Part shown: positions 25,915-38,100 of the stretch, piece by piece | Numbering within the stretch: position 1 is the stretch's first letter | How the letters are laid out: the number at the start of each line of letters is the position of its first letter | Source: Vitrella brassicaformis CCMP3155 | Taxonomy: Eukaryota; Protista; Chromerida | Direction of reading: 5' to 3' | DNA: 64,000 nucleotides | NCBI GenBank assembly: GCA_001179505.1 | Contig: CDMY01000311.1 | Span: forward strand, 62,001 to 126,000 | The notes under the pieces: model-generated | Seen by the model: only the letters and a program-made list of their open reading frames with translations | Databases searched by the model: none | What the model was told of the DNA's origin: nothing | Made by a program: the position numbers and the translations under genes

Positions 25915-26026
25915 GTCACACAATGCACGCGATGGATCGGAGATGAGAAAAACGAGAAAAGATTTGCGCGAAACGGCCCAAGCTGATGCTGCGGATCCGA
26001 GTGGCGAAGGAGGGGAAGTCCCGCTA

Positions 26027-26048
26027 AGCTTGCAGGGTTTGAAACCCT
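26027..26048. promoter_or_regulatory. AGCTTGCA variant overlapping a head-to-head telo-box palindrome AGGGTTT-G-AAACCCT
   Basis: Located ~115-135 bp upstream of the GMPR ATG. The same palindrome occurs at 59651, 60250 and 61133. Confidence 0.5.
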
Positions 26049-27208
26049 AGCCCCCATCACCCCCCAACGCATTCGAGTGCCTTTTCGGCTTCTCACACGT
26101 TTCATTCGACGTCAGCGAGTCTTCTACGCCAACATCGTTGCGATTCCTTCGGTTATCTTCGCCCAAAGGTCAGCGCACACTGAGTCTCCTCCCCCACGGC
26201 ACATGCAACACCCCGCCTGTTGCATCGCCTTTTTTCGCATGGCCCCAGCTCCCACGCAGCCTGTAGACAGCAAGCAGCGAGGTCCAGTAGCTGTGTGTCG
26301 CTGGGAGCCGAAAACCGTGTGCAGCAGCAGTCAGAGACTGTGCTTGCCTTGCGGGGGCACAGTGACTCCTGGGCAGTCAGAGATAGCTTGTTGCAGAATC
26401 AGTGGGACGGCATGGGAGGCGGGGAGGGGCGCAATGCTCGTGGGGGAAGAAGAGCAGAGGAGCGAAGCGTCCTTCTGATATCTTGTCTTTTTGTCTGCTT
26501 TGCTGCTGTTGTGCGACGCAGGTCAACGTCAACAGAGAGTGTCTTACTCTATCAAGTCACACGCGTCGGCTCTCTTCGGGCTTCGCGGACACCTCATTGA
26601 AGTCTGTCTTCAAGAGACTCAAGTAGGCGACGTCAGGCCGGACCCAGAGATGGCTCGCGGGTTCATGCTTCTTTGTCCTCTAACCATGTGCCCAGAACGG
26701 GACTTTCCTCTTTCTCTAGTTGTTGGGTTCAAAAAGGGCTTGCATCTCTCACAAGACTTCTTTTCCGCTTCAACGGGCAACTCCCTTGCTAGGTGGGGTT
26801 CCTGAGCCATCTCCGATCGGAGAGAGACGGCGCACCTCTCCATCTTCCTTGCTCTCTTTGTGCTGTGTGTGTTGCTGTTCATCAGACTTCTCCATTTCGG
26901 GACTCATTGAGAAATACCCTTGCTGACTCACGTGGCAACCTACCTTTGCTGCTTCAAGTAGACCACACGGCGTCAAGCAGCCATTTGTTGTTGCTCTCAC
27001 ACCGACTTCATGTCTCTTGCTGTGGCGTTCCAGATTTTCCTCACTCCCTCTTTCTCTCGACACACCCGATCCCTTCGGCGTCCTTTCTCCTCTGTTTGTG
27101 AGCGGTAAGCACTCTCATGCCCTCCTTTTCTCTGGGTGCCTACAGGCTGTGTTTCCGTATCTCCTGCGTCTTTCTCACTGATTGACTTATCGATCAGGTC
27201 AATTCATC

Positions 27209-27620
27209 ATGGGGATGGCCACTTGTAAACGCAACTGCTGGAACTGGTCGTGTTTCTGCTGCATCTTCTTCGGCTGTGCGGACCGAGTCAAGTTCGAGGA
27301 CGAGCATGAACTCACGTACGCCAGCCTATTCCACACACACCACGCACACACGGAGAGAGAGAGAGAGAGAGAGAATTTTTGTTTGCCTTTCCTGTCTGTG
27401 TGCCTGCGGCATTGTGGAGCCCAGCGTGAAGCGTCCGCCGAGCAAGGAGGAGGTGGCGAGTGTGACAATTCAGGCGGGGTTCAGGGCCATGAAGGCCCGG
27501 GAGGAGGCCACGAGACGCCGCTACTCGCGCGACGATGACGACAACGCGGTGGCCAAGGTGGTCAAGGACGAAATTGGCGAAGACGAAGACAACGCAGCCG
27601 CCAAAGCCACCTCGGGCTGA
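27209..27620 (+). CDS. Small (~100 aa) Cys-rich, probably acylated IQ-motif protein
   Basis: Exon 1 (27209-27315) reads MGMATCKRNCWNWSCFCCIFFGC...; intron 27316-27424; exon 2 reads VKRPPSKEEVASVTIQAGFRAMKAR (IQ motif) followed by an acidic tail. Confidence 0.7.
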
Positions 27621-28328
27621 TCGATCAATGCGTGAGGACATCCATGCGTATGTGCAACCGGCGGGCCAGCCATTGGTGGCCGTTGCCGCATCCATCCATG
27701 TATTCCTCTTTGCCCTTCCTTGGCCTTTGTTCCTTTGCACTCACTGCAATGATCGATCTGTTGCAGTGGACATATATACGTTATGTATACCTACCTGCGT
27801 ACAAGTGTATTCTGGGCGTCTCCTCTCTCTCTCTCTCTCTCTCTCCTGCGTTGGCCCTCACTCATCCCTGCCTGCCTGCCTGCCTGCCTGTCTGCCTGTC
27901 TACCTGCCTGCCTCTATCGTGCTTGCCAAGGTAGGCTTTGGGCCGTCGTCTGGTTGGTTGGTTGTCTCTTTTTCACACCAGTATACATACATACATGCAT
28001 ACATAAATAGATAGACGACATGAACGGTCGTGAGTGACATCGTGCAGTGTGCATGCCCACACATGTATGTGATCGATGAATCCCTCCAATATTCAACGCC
28101 TCGACCGCATCTATACGGCTCCGCGCCGTGCTTGGCAGCCAGGCAGCGGCGGCCTATTAGAGTTGGTGATTACACTGTGCGGCGTGGAGTGTAATTCGCT
28201 AATGTATTGGATGGGCACAGACCTCCCAATCTCCTTCTGCAATGAACTCGACCTTATCCCTCACCTTTAGCTCGCAATTTGATCTCAGATTCGCTTTTCG
28301 TCGCCTTCCTTCATGGACAGCAACAACA

Positions 28329-29993
28329 ATGGCTCTTCAGGCCTCGTCGTCGACCAGCAGCTTCTCTTGCTGCTGGGACTATTTCAAGTTCATGACAACG
28401 TAAGTGATGACGGTCCGTCACTGTCCTTGTAGCTCTGATTTCTCACACAAATTGGCTTCTGTGCTCTTCACCTGCAGCCCCGCACACCAAAACACCGACC
28501 AAGAAGCCCTCACGGAGGTCAGTGACTGATCAACACAGAGCTCGGTCATCGACATTGTTTAACATGATCTGTGCTTGCTGTATTGTTTGCAGGCCGTCCC
28601 TCGCCATCGACCGGTGCTGCCGGAGGTGCCGCGGCGCCATCGCCGTTGCCCTCGGCATCGCCCGCATCTGCCCACCGAGGCGCCCCGACGGGCTCGACGG
28701 CAGCGGCCACAGACACATCCCCAGCCACAGCCACAGCAAGCACCACAGCCAGCGCACCCCCAGCCGGCGATCACCGCCACCGCCCCTCCCCCTATCATCG
28801 CCCCTGTCCCAGCCCCCGTCCCCCCTCCCCAAAGGGCTATCGTGCCTGCCCCACCCCACCCCGACCGCATCACCCCACACCAGCGCGCCATCCGCAACCG
28901 CATCGTGCAGTTGATCGAGACGGGCAACGATGCAGCAGCGGGCAGCGAGGCAGTGCGCCTCATCCGCAACAACCGGGACGTCCCCCTGGCCGGAAAGGAT
29001 CTGTTCCGTCGGCTGGCTGCCTATGCGCGCCTCCTGCCGTCTGAGCAGAAGTTCCGCATCGCCACGGCCATCCTCGACCATCAGCCCGCGCTCGCCAACG
29101 AGATCGACGAGCACCCACACCAAAGCGGCCAGGTGGCGATCCACCACTTCAGCCAGTACCCGTTGCTATTCGACGGGCATCAAGAGGCGCTTCTGCGCTT
29201 GCTGGTGGCCAAGGGAGGGGCGGGCATCGTCAGCCTGCGGGACGACAACGACCGCCTGCCGCTGCACATCGCTGCCGCTTCCTACCACGACGACTGCACC
29301 ACAACGAGGTGGCTGTGCGAGAACGGGGCGGCGGTCGACATCAACACCCCCAACGGCGACAACCTCACCCCTCTCCGGCTCGACGCCGACAAGAACGACC
29401 CGGCCTGGGGGAGCCCGCTCTACCGCCGGCTGACGCTGCTGGAGTTCGGGGCATCGGTGGCCGGGGCGGGCGTGCGGCCACTGCCAGTGCCGCATCGGGT
29501 GTTGTGGGAGGAGAAGATCCTCGACGCCTACCGCCACCATCTCGAGTGGAGCCTCATCAAGCGCATCCTCGCCATTGCCACCACTGCCCTCGGCGCCCAG
29601 CAGATCCCCCTCCCTGCCGGTGTGCTGCAGCGGGTGCTGGAGATGGCGGTCCCACAACTCCCCACCATCGCCGACCCGCCCCTCTCCACCCGCATCAACA
29701 CGGCCCTCCTGGCGTTCCTTGACGCCGCCACGAGGGAGGACAGCCAGCGCGAGCTGAGGAGCGGAGTGGGGGGTTTCCGCTGCTTCCGCGCGCTGACGGG
29801 GCTGCGATCTCGCCCAGTCAGCCTGTGTACCGTCGTGAATCGCGCCATTCGCGACGAGGCGCGGCGGTATGGGCTGACCCTCGGGCGCATCAGGGGGCAG
29901 AGCAGCGATGCGGCCAACAACGGGGCTGGGTGGGACTGGAGGAGGCTGGGGGTGGTCAAGGAAGGGGTGTTTAAGCCGCTTTATCTGAGTTGA
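28329..29993 (+). CDS. Ankyrin-repeat-like protein with Pro/Gln-rich N-terminus
   Basis: Two short exons (28329-28399, 28478-28517) splice in phase into a ~1.4 kb exon containing DDNDRLPLHIAAAS...WLCENGAAVDINTPNGDNLTPL (ankyrin consensus). Confidence 0.75.
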
Positions 29994-30656
29994 TGGCTGG
30001 GCTGGTCGGTGTGGGCGAGGGCGGGAGAGAGGGGAAAGGGAGTTAGAAGTTTTCTCGAAGTCAGTCAGGGATGTTGGGTGTGGTTTGGGCAGGTTTGGGC
30101 GAAGAGGCGGTCGGTTGGTTGGTTGGTTGGCTTGCTGACGCATTTCATGTGTGTATGGTGACGGTCGGGCGGTTGATTCGCTTGTGTACTTGTGAGTTTG
30201 TTCCGTGGACATTAATGTGCATCTGTGGCCTGGTGTGTGTCTCGCTTCCAAATGTGTTCGTCACCTACGCCAGGCTTACAACAAAACCTCTTCAGTAGTA
30301 TGTAGCAATGTACCACGAATGTCTGGCCAACCCGACGTCAGTCAGAAGCTTCATGTAACGTACCAATCGACAGCCACCGCAACCACAACCACCACCACAC
30401 AAACGCGGAGATCAGCGGACAGATCATGATGCTGCTCAATGAGATGTACCAACAAACGCACCACCACCCACCCCTCTATAGACAACAGAGAAGGACGATA
30501 GCAGCGGGCGGCATGTGTATGTGTGTGAGAGCAAGAGAAAGGACACGCACCATCCCACTGCACGTCTTTCTTCTCTGGCGGACTACACAAGTAGAGTCAC
30601 AGTCAGTCTGTATACACCGGGCGACCCATCCCCCGCCTGTCTGTCTCTCTGTCTGG

Positions 30657-31165
30657 CTACTGGTACTTGTACTCGGCTTTGTTGTGCATTATCAGCCGGT
30701 CCTCCACGAAATAGAAACTGCATACCCACACACATGGATGCACCAAGTACACGTGTGTGAGTGTGCCGACCGTCATTTCTCGCCGTCTCTCATGTGCTCC
30801 ATCTGCTGTGCTGTGCAGCCACCTCCCCTCCCTCCCTCCCTCCCTCCCTCCCTCCCTCGGCACGCACCTGTCGCTTTTGGTCTCGTATGGGTGTGCGATG
30901 ATGTCGTTCCTGAGGGCCTCCGACAGCTCCGGCAGCTCATACATGGCCTGTGGTGGGCGGCACACATAATGGTGCATGACCGTCCCTTGCTGTGCTGTGC
31001 TGACTGACCTACCTCCCACTCGTTGACGGTGTGCGGGATGCAGAAAGGCAGCGTGAAGTCGAACGACTTGAGCAGAGTGTTGCGAAAATAGTGACGCTCC
31101 ATCAACTGGAAATTAGTGATCGCCTCGCTCCCCACAGTGAAATGCAGACTGATGATTCAATGAAT

Positions 31166-31203
<38 letters not shown>

Positions 31204-31974
31204 AGAGAGAGAGAGAGAGGGGAAAGAAGCAGAAGCTCGTGTGCGTGTGCGCGTGGGTGGGTGCGGCCGTGTCTGTCTGTCTGCTGCTGTTTACTGCCGT
31301 ACTTACGTGGTGCCGATGTTCCGTTTGCCGAGGAAGTCTGCAGGGAACTTGTATCGGATGCTGCGGACGGGCTCAGTCGAAGCGTCGGCCTCCGTGGACG
31401 TGCTGCCCGACTCCTCAGCAGGCGGCTGCATGTCACAGGCAGACATGAGTGCGATGGCCAGTCGCTCGTCCCATTGCAGACGTGTGCGTGCGTACCTTTG
31501 CGATGGAGAATATCTCTTGGTTCGTGTCGCAGTCCCGAACCTTGAAGGCGACGAACTCTATGTTGTACACATTGGCAGTGACCGGACAGAGGAAGTCTGC
31601 ACGAACCGGACACATAGCAGCAGCCACAAACACGATTGCACTGCACAAGACATTGCATTGAATGCATTGCCTTTTGTGTATTTCCGACCTTGTGTCGGGC
31701 CATTGAGTGCACACACGTACGCTGGCGTGATCTGCACGACAGCGAACCGACAACAGACAAAGAGCGAGGATGACCGCCCGCCTTTGGCGCTTGTGGCCAT
31801 CCATCGTGATGCTTGCCTGCCTATACATACCTGCGTGTGGTCCGGGTGTATCTGTGACGGCTCCCTTGCCCCGACACTGACGCCACCGACGCTCACATGG
31901 CCAATCGACGACTCAGAGGGCACCGCATCGCTCTCGTCCTCAGCTGCTGCTGGCGTGTGCGTCGTGCCAGACAT
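30657..31974 (-). CDS. UNC119: UNC119 homologue (PDE-delta family myristoyl-cargo chaperone)
   Basis: ITPAYVCALNGPTQ|DFLCPVTANVYNIEFVAFKVRD, RSIRYKFPADFL, MERHYFRNTLLKSFDFTLPFCIPHTVNEWE, HPYETKSD|SFYFVEDRLIMHNKAEYKY. The start at 31974 is inferred. Confidence 0.93.
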
Positions 31975-32009
31975 CCTCTCCGCTTTTTCCCTCCCCTCCC
32001 GCACCTCAG

Positions 32010-32028
32010 TTGCGAGCTCAGCTCGCAA
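32010..32028. promoter_or_regulatory. Inverted pair of the AGCTCGCA motif (TTGCGAGCT-C-AGCTCGCAA) in a 70-bp divergent spacer
   Basis: Perfect 9-bp inverted repeat with a 1-nt spacer between the UNC119 ATG (31974, inferred) and the Rieske oxygenase ATG (32045). Confidence 0.65.
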
Positions 32029-32044
32029 ACTCTTTTGGGAGTTG

Positions 32045-34285
32045 ATGGTGGCGGCTGCAGGGCTGCTGTTGCTGTTGTGCGCCTGCACAATTGCATGCGC
32101 TACTGGATCCACGCATTCATCCAGCTTCCTATCGCAGCCATCTCCCGCTGTGCGTCGGTCTGTCCGCGAGCGCATCTTCCGTACCGTGAGGCTCCAGCAG
32201 CCGCAGCAACTCGACTATGTGGCCGAGGGCAAACAGCACCTTCAACAGCAACAGCAGCCTCAGTTCGGTGTGAGTGTGGAGCACCGCCATGCAGCGCAGC
32301 CGCATCAGCAGCACTACCAGACGGACTGGCTGCAGCAGTGGTACCCCATCGCCGTCGAGAAATTCACTGACAGAAGGGTCAGATACACACCCCACACACG
32401 CGATGAGAACGGGCAAGTGGTTTATGCAGTCAGTGGCTGGGTGTCTCTGTCTGTCTGTCTGTCTGTGTGTCTGTCTGTCTGTCTGTGTGTGCAGGTTCCT
32501 CACGCCATGAATATCATCGGCCGTCCGTTTGCGTTTTGGTGGGACGACCAGCAGGAGGCGTGGCACGCCATGAAGGACGTCTGCCCACACAGACTGGCGC
32601 CGCTGTCTGAAGGAAGAGTCACCGACGAGGGACACATCGAGTGTCCATACCACGGATGGCAATTCGATGGCGAGAGCGGTGCCTGCACTGTCGTGCCGCA
32701 GAAGGAGGGCCCGCCAGACTCACGCTGCAACGGGAAGGCCTTTCCTTGCGTCGCTAAACAGGTCAGTCAGGGAACCAGGCAGCAGACAGAGGCAGGGCGA
32801 TGCAGTTAGGCATCCACACTGACGGATGGATTACCAGTGTTTCCTGTCCTGTGTGACCACCAGGGCCTGATATGGGTGTGGCCGACAGCCAAGGGTGAGG
32901 GCACGGTGCAGCCGGCCGAGTCGCTGATCCCGACCCTGAAGATCTACGAGGACCCTGATGTTGTCTCGCTCGACATGTCACGCGACCTGCCCTACGACTA
33001 CAGCACGCTGCTCGAGAACGTCCTCGACTCTGCACACATCCCCTTCACACACCACAAGACGATCGGCAAGAGGGAGAGGGCCGTGCCGATCCCACTGAAG
33101 CTCGACGGCCATCTCGACCCTGTCCACGGCTTCTCGGGCAGCTGGACGTCCGCACCACCTCTCATGACAGGCGGGGGCAAGACCAAGGAGGGGGTGTACC
33201 GTCGGTCGACGCGGTTCGTGCCGCCAGTGCTCATGTACCACCGGCTGGAGGACTCGGCAGAGAATGCCACCATGTGGACGGTGGTGTACGCCGTGCCCAC
33301 TTCGCCCGGCAGGAGCAGAATAATCGCGAGATTCCCGTTCCGCTTTGGAGAGGGGTCGAAACCGATGGCAAAGTTTGTGACGTGAGCAGAGCAAGCCAGG
33401 CACACACATGACATGCTGCGCCGCGCCCCTGACAGCAGTGCAGTGTCCTGATCTGGTGTGTATGTATGCAGCTTCATGCTGCGGTTCGTCCCGGATTGGC
33501 TGCAGCACATCAACCAGAACCTGGTCATGGACGACGACGCCATCTTTCTCTACCTGCAGGAGCACCGCATCTCGTCTGAGGGCGATGGAACCACCCTCCC
33601 GCAACTCTATCATATGCCGTCTGCCTCTGACACGTACGTGGCCCACTTCAGAAAGTGGCTCAAGAAATACGGCGGAGGGGGCCCGCCATGGCTTGAGACG
33701 TTCGGGCGGCGCTGACAGCCTCTCATGGACGGCGTGAGTGCGATCAGCAGGGCGGGGTGCATCGACCGGTACCACCAGCACACCATCCACTGCTCCTCCT
33801 GCAGCGAGGCACTCACAAACATCAAGTGGGTCAAAGAGAATGCCATGGCTGTGTGAGGGAGGGGCTGGCTCACTGTTATCTGTGTGGTCTGAGTGCACTG
33901 CAGGCGTGTTCAGAAGTGGGCCATCGGCGGTCTGATAGCGGCGGCCGCGTATCGTCAAATCGCTCTCATGGCTCTGGCCTTTGTGGTTATCCAAGTGGCC
34001 CAGCAGCTGGAGCAAGGATTGACGAAAGGTACCAACCAACACGCGCGCAGACGCACAGACACACGTACGTACGACACAGACGCAGCCGCCTGTGTCTGTC
34101 GTACGTGTGTGTCTCCATTGCCCTTATCAGGTCCTTACCCCCCTCCGCGCAACATGCCTCTGCCTGACCGGCATTTGATGAAGAAGCGAGTGGACGGCGT
34201 GCAGGCGGTGCTGCGTCAGGCGCTGCTGGCCGTCATGATGCGCCTCGAGGGGCTGCTGATACGCACCTCCAGATGGGGCAAGTGA
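32045..34285 (+). CDS. Plastid-targeted Rieske non-heme iron oxygenase of the PAO/Tic55/PTC52 family
   Basis: Signal peptide plus transit-like segment; Rieske motif CPHRLAPLSEG...ECPYHGW; mononuclear iron motif ENVLDSAHIPFTH; C-terminal HTIHCSSC (CxxC); hydrophobic tail followed by GPYPPPRN. Confidence 0.9.
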
Positions 34286-35148
34286 GCCGGAGCGGCAGGC
34301 AGGCAGGCAGGCAGCGCCACACACATATATCATAGATAGGTATGTGGAGGCAGAGATAGTTGCACAATCCGTCCGTAATTGTAGAGTATAGACAGACACT
34401 GGTCATAACGCTGTGCTGTATGAATTTGTGTATGTATGTATGTACGCATGCATGTTGTAACTATTCATCATTCCGTAATGAGCGGAGAGATCCGATCCAT
34501 GCCATGCATCGCATCGTAAGCGGACGAGACGAGTGTGCAGGGGTGGCAGGCAGGTCAGGTCGGTTCAGTGTATTTTTCCTGATTGCTGTGCTGTGCGCGT
34601 ATGCATGTGTGATGTCATGTATTTTTCGCCACACACAACGTGTGGCAGGGCTGGCTGCTCGGCTGTCTGTCTGTGTAGTTGTTGGTTGTGAATAAAGAGA
34701 GGATGGGAGAGAGGTGAGGCAGGCCGCCATCTCTGTCGGTTGATGGGATGGGATGGGATGGGTGTGAGTGAGTATACATGTATGTGTTCATGTGGTGCGC
34801 CCTAGTGGGTGCGAGGGTCGAATGTCATCGATGCATCACACACACACGGACGGACGGACATCGCGTGGAAGGCTCTGTCTGCTCACTCATTCAAGACTTA
34901 CTCGCGCAAGCAAGTAGATATTGACACACACGACGCACAGCGTCTGTGGCTACGGCCTCTCTGCAAAATGTCCCTCTGCCTCGCATCGCATCGCACAACC
35001 AAACACACTCACTCACGGGCACACATATGCATCTACACAGCTAATTATCGTGCCACCCACCGGTTTGTCAGCCCAGTCATGCACCCATCCCATCCCATCG
35101 ACGTGCATCGTCCGTCCTCTCCCACCACTAACTAGTTGACTCGATCGA

Positions 35149-38100
35149 CTAATTGACAGCCACCCCCGCCCCCTTGCCCTCAACTATCGTCAGGGCCTTG
35201 CGCGTCCCCCGCACACTAGCAGGCCCGCCACTGCCACCGCTTTCCTCCTCCCCTGCATCGGACGGACCGATCAGGCGCACAGTGGGGATCTTGGAATTAT
35301 CATCGGCTGCCGCCCCTCCCCCTGCTGCTGTGGACGCTGACTCGGGCGCTGCTGGCCGGACGGGGGAGACGATGGTGATGGCGCGTGTGGGGCGGGCCGC
35401 ACGCACCCCCTCGTAGGCGTCAGGGTTGGTCACCTGCACACGCAATGAAGACCGACCGACCGGCATCTATCTGGTTTTGTGGTCGGTGTGTAGCCAGATT
35501 ACTTACCCGTGTGTCTGTGTCGGCGATGGAGATTTGGTGGTCGAGGTGCGGCATGCCTGTTTCCTTGATGGACTGGAGGTGGAAGGGCAGGTCTAGCGGC
35601 ACGGGGAACTGGCCCTCCAAATCCTCACCTGCCCGCACACACGTGTGTCCTCTTGCCGGTATCTCTGTAGCGCCGGCCGCGTCCGTCCGTACCTTCGTAG
35701 GAGACGAGTGGTGATATCTCGCATCGCAGCACTGGGTCGTCCGTCGCTATCACTGCACACACATCCATTCATCCTCATTCATCCGCTGGTCTGTCTGTCT
35801 GTCTGTCTGTCTGTGTCCAGTCAATAGACGTACCCCCTTTGCGGAAGGACCCGCCCGCCTTGACTATCCACCGCTGATGCAGCTGCGGTGGTCAATCAAC
35901 ACATGTATCCACCATGACCGGATTGCAATCCACAGCGTCTCACCCACCTGTCCCATCAGAATCACGGCCGTGGTGGGCGAATCGGCACCTGCGATTCGCC
36001 AGACACCAAGACACTCACACATGCATCGCATCGCATCCACAAACACATGCCAGCCAGGCTCACTCACCTGTTGCGTTTTTGACGGGTGCGAATTCGTCCT
36101 GCCTTGACACCTCCAGGCCCACGACGTGGTGGGCGAACTCGAAGCAGTCGAAGATGAACAGCTCCAGCTTGATGCCGTTGGGCTCTGAGGGCTCCACCCG
36201 CTGACCCGTGGCCAGATCGATGTGCGGGATCTTCTTCTTGGCGACGTGATACCTGACCACACACACACATACACGTACACATACACATACGCGACACGTG
36301 TATGTGTGATTGTGTCGCATATGTGTGATTGAGGGAGGTATGTCTGTTTGACATGCATGTCATGAAGTCTTCTTTGACGAGTCGGTCGACGAACGACACC
36401 CTGAAGTAGTGGTTGGCGATGTTGCCTGAACCAACGAACGAACGAACGAAGAGTGAGTGAGCGAACCGGACATACCGCACCGCCAGGCGACCAGGCACAC
36501 CATGGCTGCCATGGATGCACTCGTTTCTGCCCTACCTGCCCCATACAGCAGTGATCCCGTCGGCAGCCGGGACCTCTGCCACACAGACAGACAGACAGAC
36601 AGACAGAGAGACAGAGAGATGGTGCTGACTTGACCTGACGCCGATATATATGGCGAGTGCTGTGCTGTGCTGTGCTGTGCTGGGGCGGTGGGGTGGGGGA
36701 GTGGCTCACTGACTCACTCACTGACTGACTGACCTTCAGTTCCACCGGCAGCTCAGAGTACTCGACCACACACGCCTTCTCCACTTCACCGCCCTCATCC
36801 TGAAGAATTTGCATTGGTGATGCCAAGGAAAGGAAATGACACGCCACGTCACGCCACGTCACGTCACGTACACACAGCCACACAGATGGCAATGACGAGG
36901 TGTGGATGGATGGATGGATGGATGGACACACATGCGATCGATACGTACGTGTTTGCGTCTTGAGCAGAAGACGCCCACTTTCTCCTCAGGGCTCGTCTGA
37001 AAGATACACACATACACACACACACACACATACATTCGGGTGTTTGGTGTTTGGTTTGAATGCATCGGGCAGGTGTCCTATCCGACCTTTTCGACGCATT
37101 TGGTGCCGACGTCTGCGTCGGTGGCCTCGCAGTAGCCGACGAAGAGCGGGTCAGCCACCTTGCACAGCACATTGTCGACGCTGAACACGTGCATACTGAC
37201 ACACACACACACACACACATGGCACAAACCACACAGGACAAGAGAAGAATGGTTGGACGTGGGTGTAGTAAACGTGTGTGCGTGTGTGTCTGTGTGTGTG
37301 TGTGTGTGTGTGTGTCTGTGTGTGTGTGTGTGTTGAGCTGACCCCACTACGCCGCGGCGCTGCATGTCGTCCAGCATCCCTGCACACTCATGAAGGCACA
37401 GACAGACCGAACGGACGATGCCTTCATGTCTATTCCGTCCTTCTGGTTCTCTCACCGGTCGTTTCCAGCGCCTCGAAGATGCCTCCGTTGCCATTTGGGT
37501 TCTTGGCCAGCTGCAGTCACCAACCGCCCCACCCAGCACATACACACGAAGGGGAACACACACACACACACACACATACACACACACTCGCACCTTATGT
37601 TTGTCCTCGAGCAGGAATCTTCCGTCGAAGTCGAAGCACGGGATGAGGCGCTGCGGGAAGAAATGCACATCATCTGACGGCAGACCTGCACACACCAACC
37701 ACGGCAGATGGTTTAACACGGGAAAAGCTAAGCTAGCTTCGTTGTGAGTGCACTGACTGACTGACTGACTTACCGAAGAAGCTGTGTTGTTTGAAGAAGT
37801 CGACGGTGTCCTCGTGGTTGATGGGGGAGGTCATGATGTACAGGGGCAGCGACACACGCTCGCCAGTGGGGAACTCACGACCAGCTGACACACACATATA
37901 CACGCACAGAGACAAGACGCAAACAAAAACGAGCTAGCTACAAACACACACATATATCACACATATGTGTGTGCGCCCGTCCCTACCAACCAAGGTGTTT
38001 GAGTCGTCTGGTGCGTTCGCAGAAGAGCTGAAATAGCGACTTGGACGACAGAGGGGACGCGCAGAAGCAACCTACGTAGGTAGGTACATCGACCAACACA

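Noticed and set aside
29166-30251. Long antisense ORFs (also 32978-34042, 42069-43007, 61794-62540)
   Set aside because: These are shadow frames of GC-rich coding exons and carry no independent motifs.
31031-32809. 592-aa ORF that appears to fuse upstream sequence to the Rieske domain
   Set aside because: The 5' part is the antisense of UNC119 exons and introns. The real Rieske gene starts at the signal peptide (32045).
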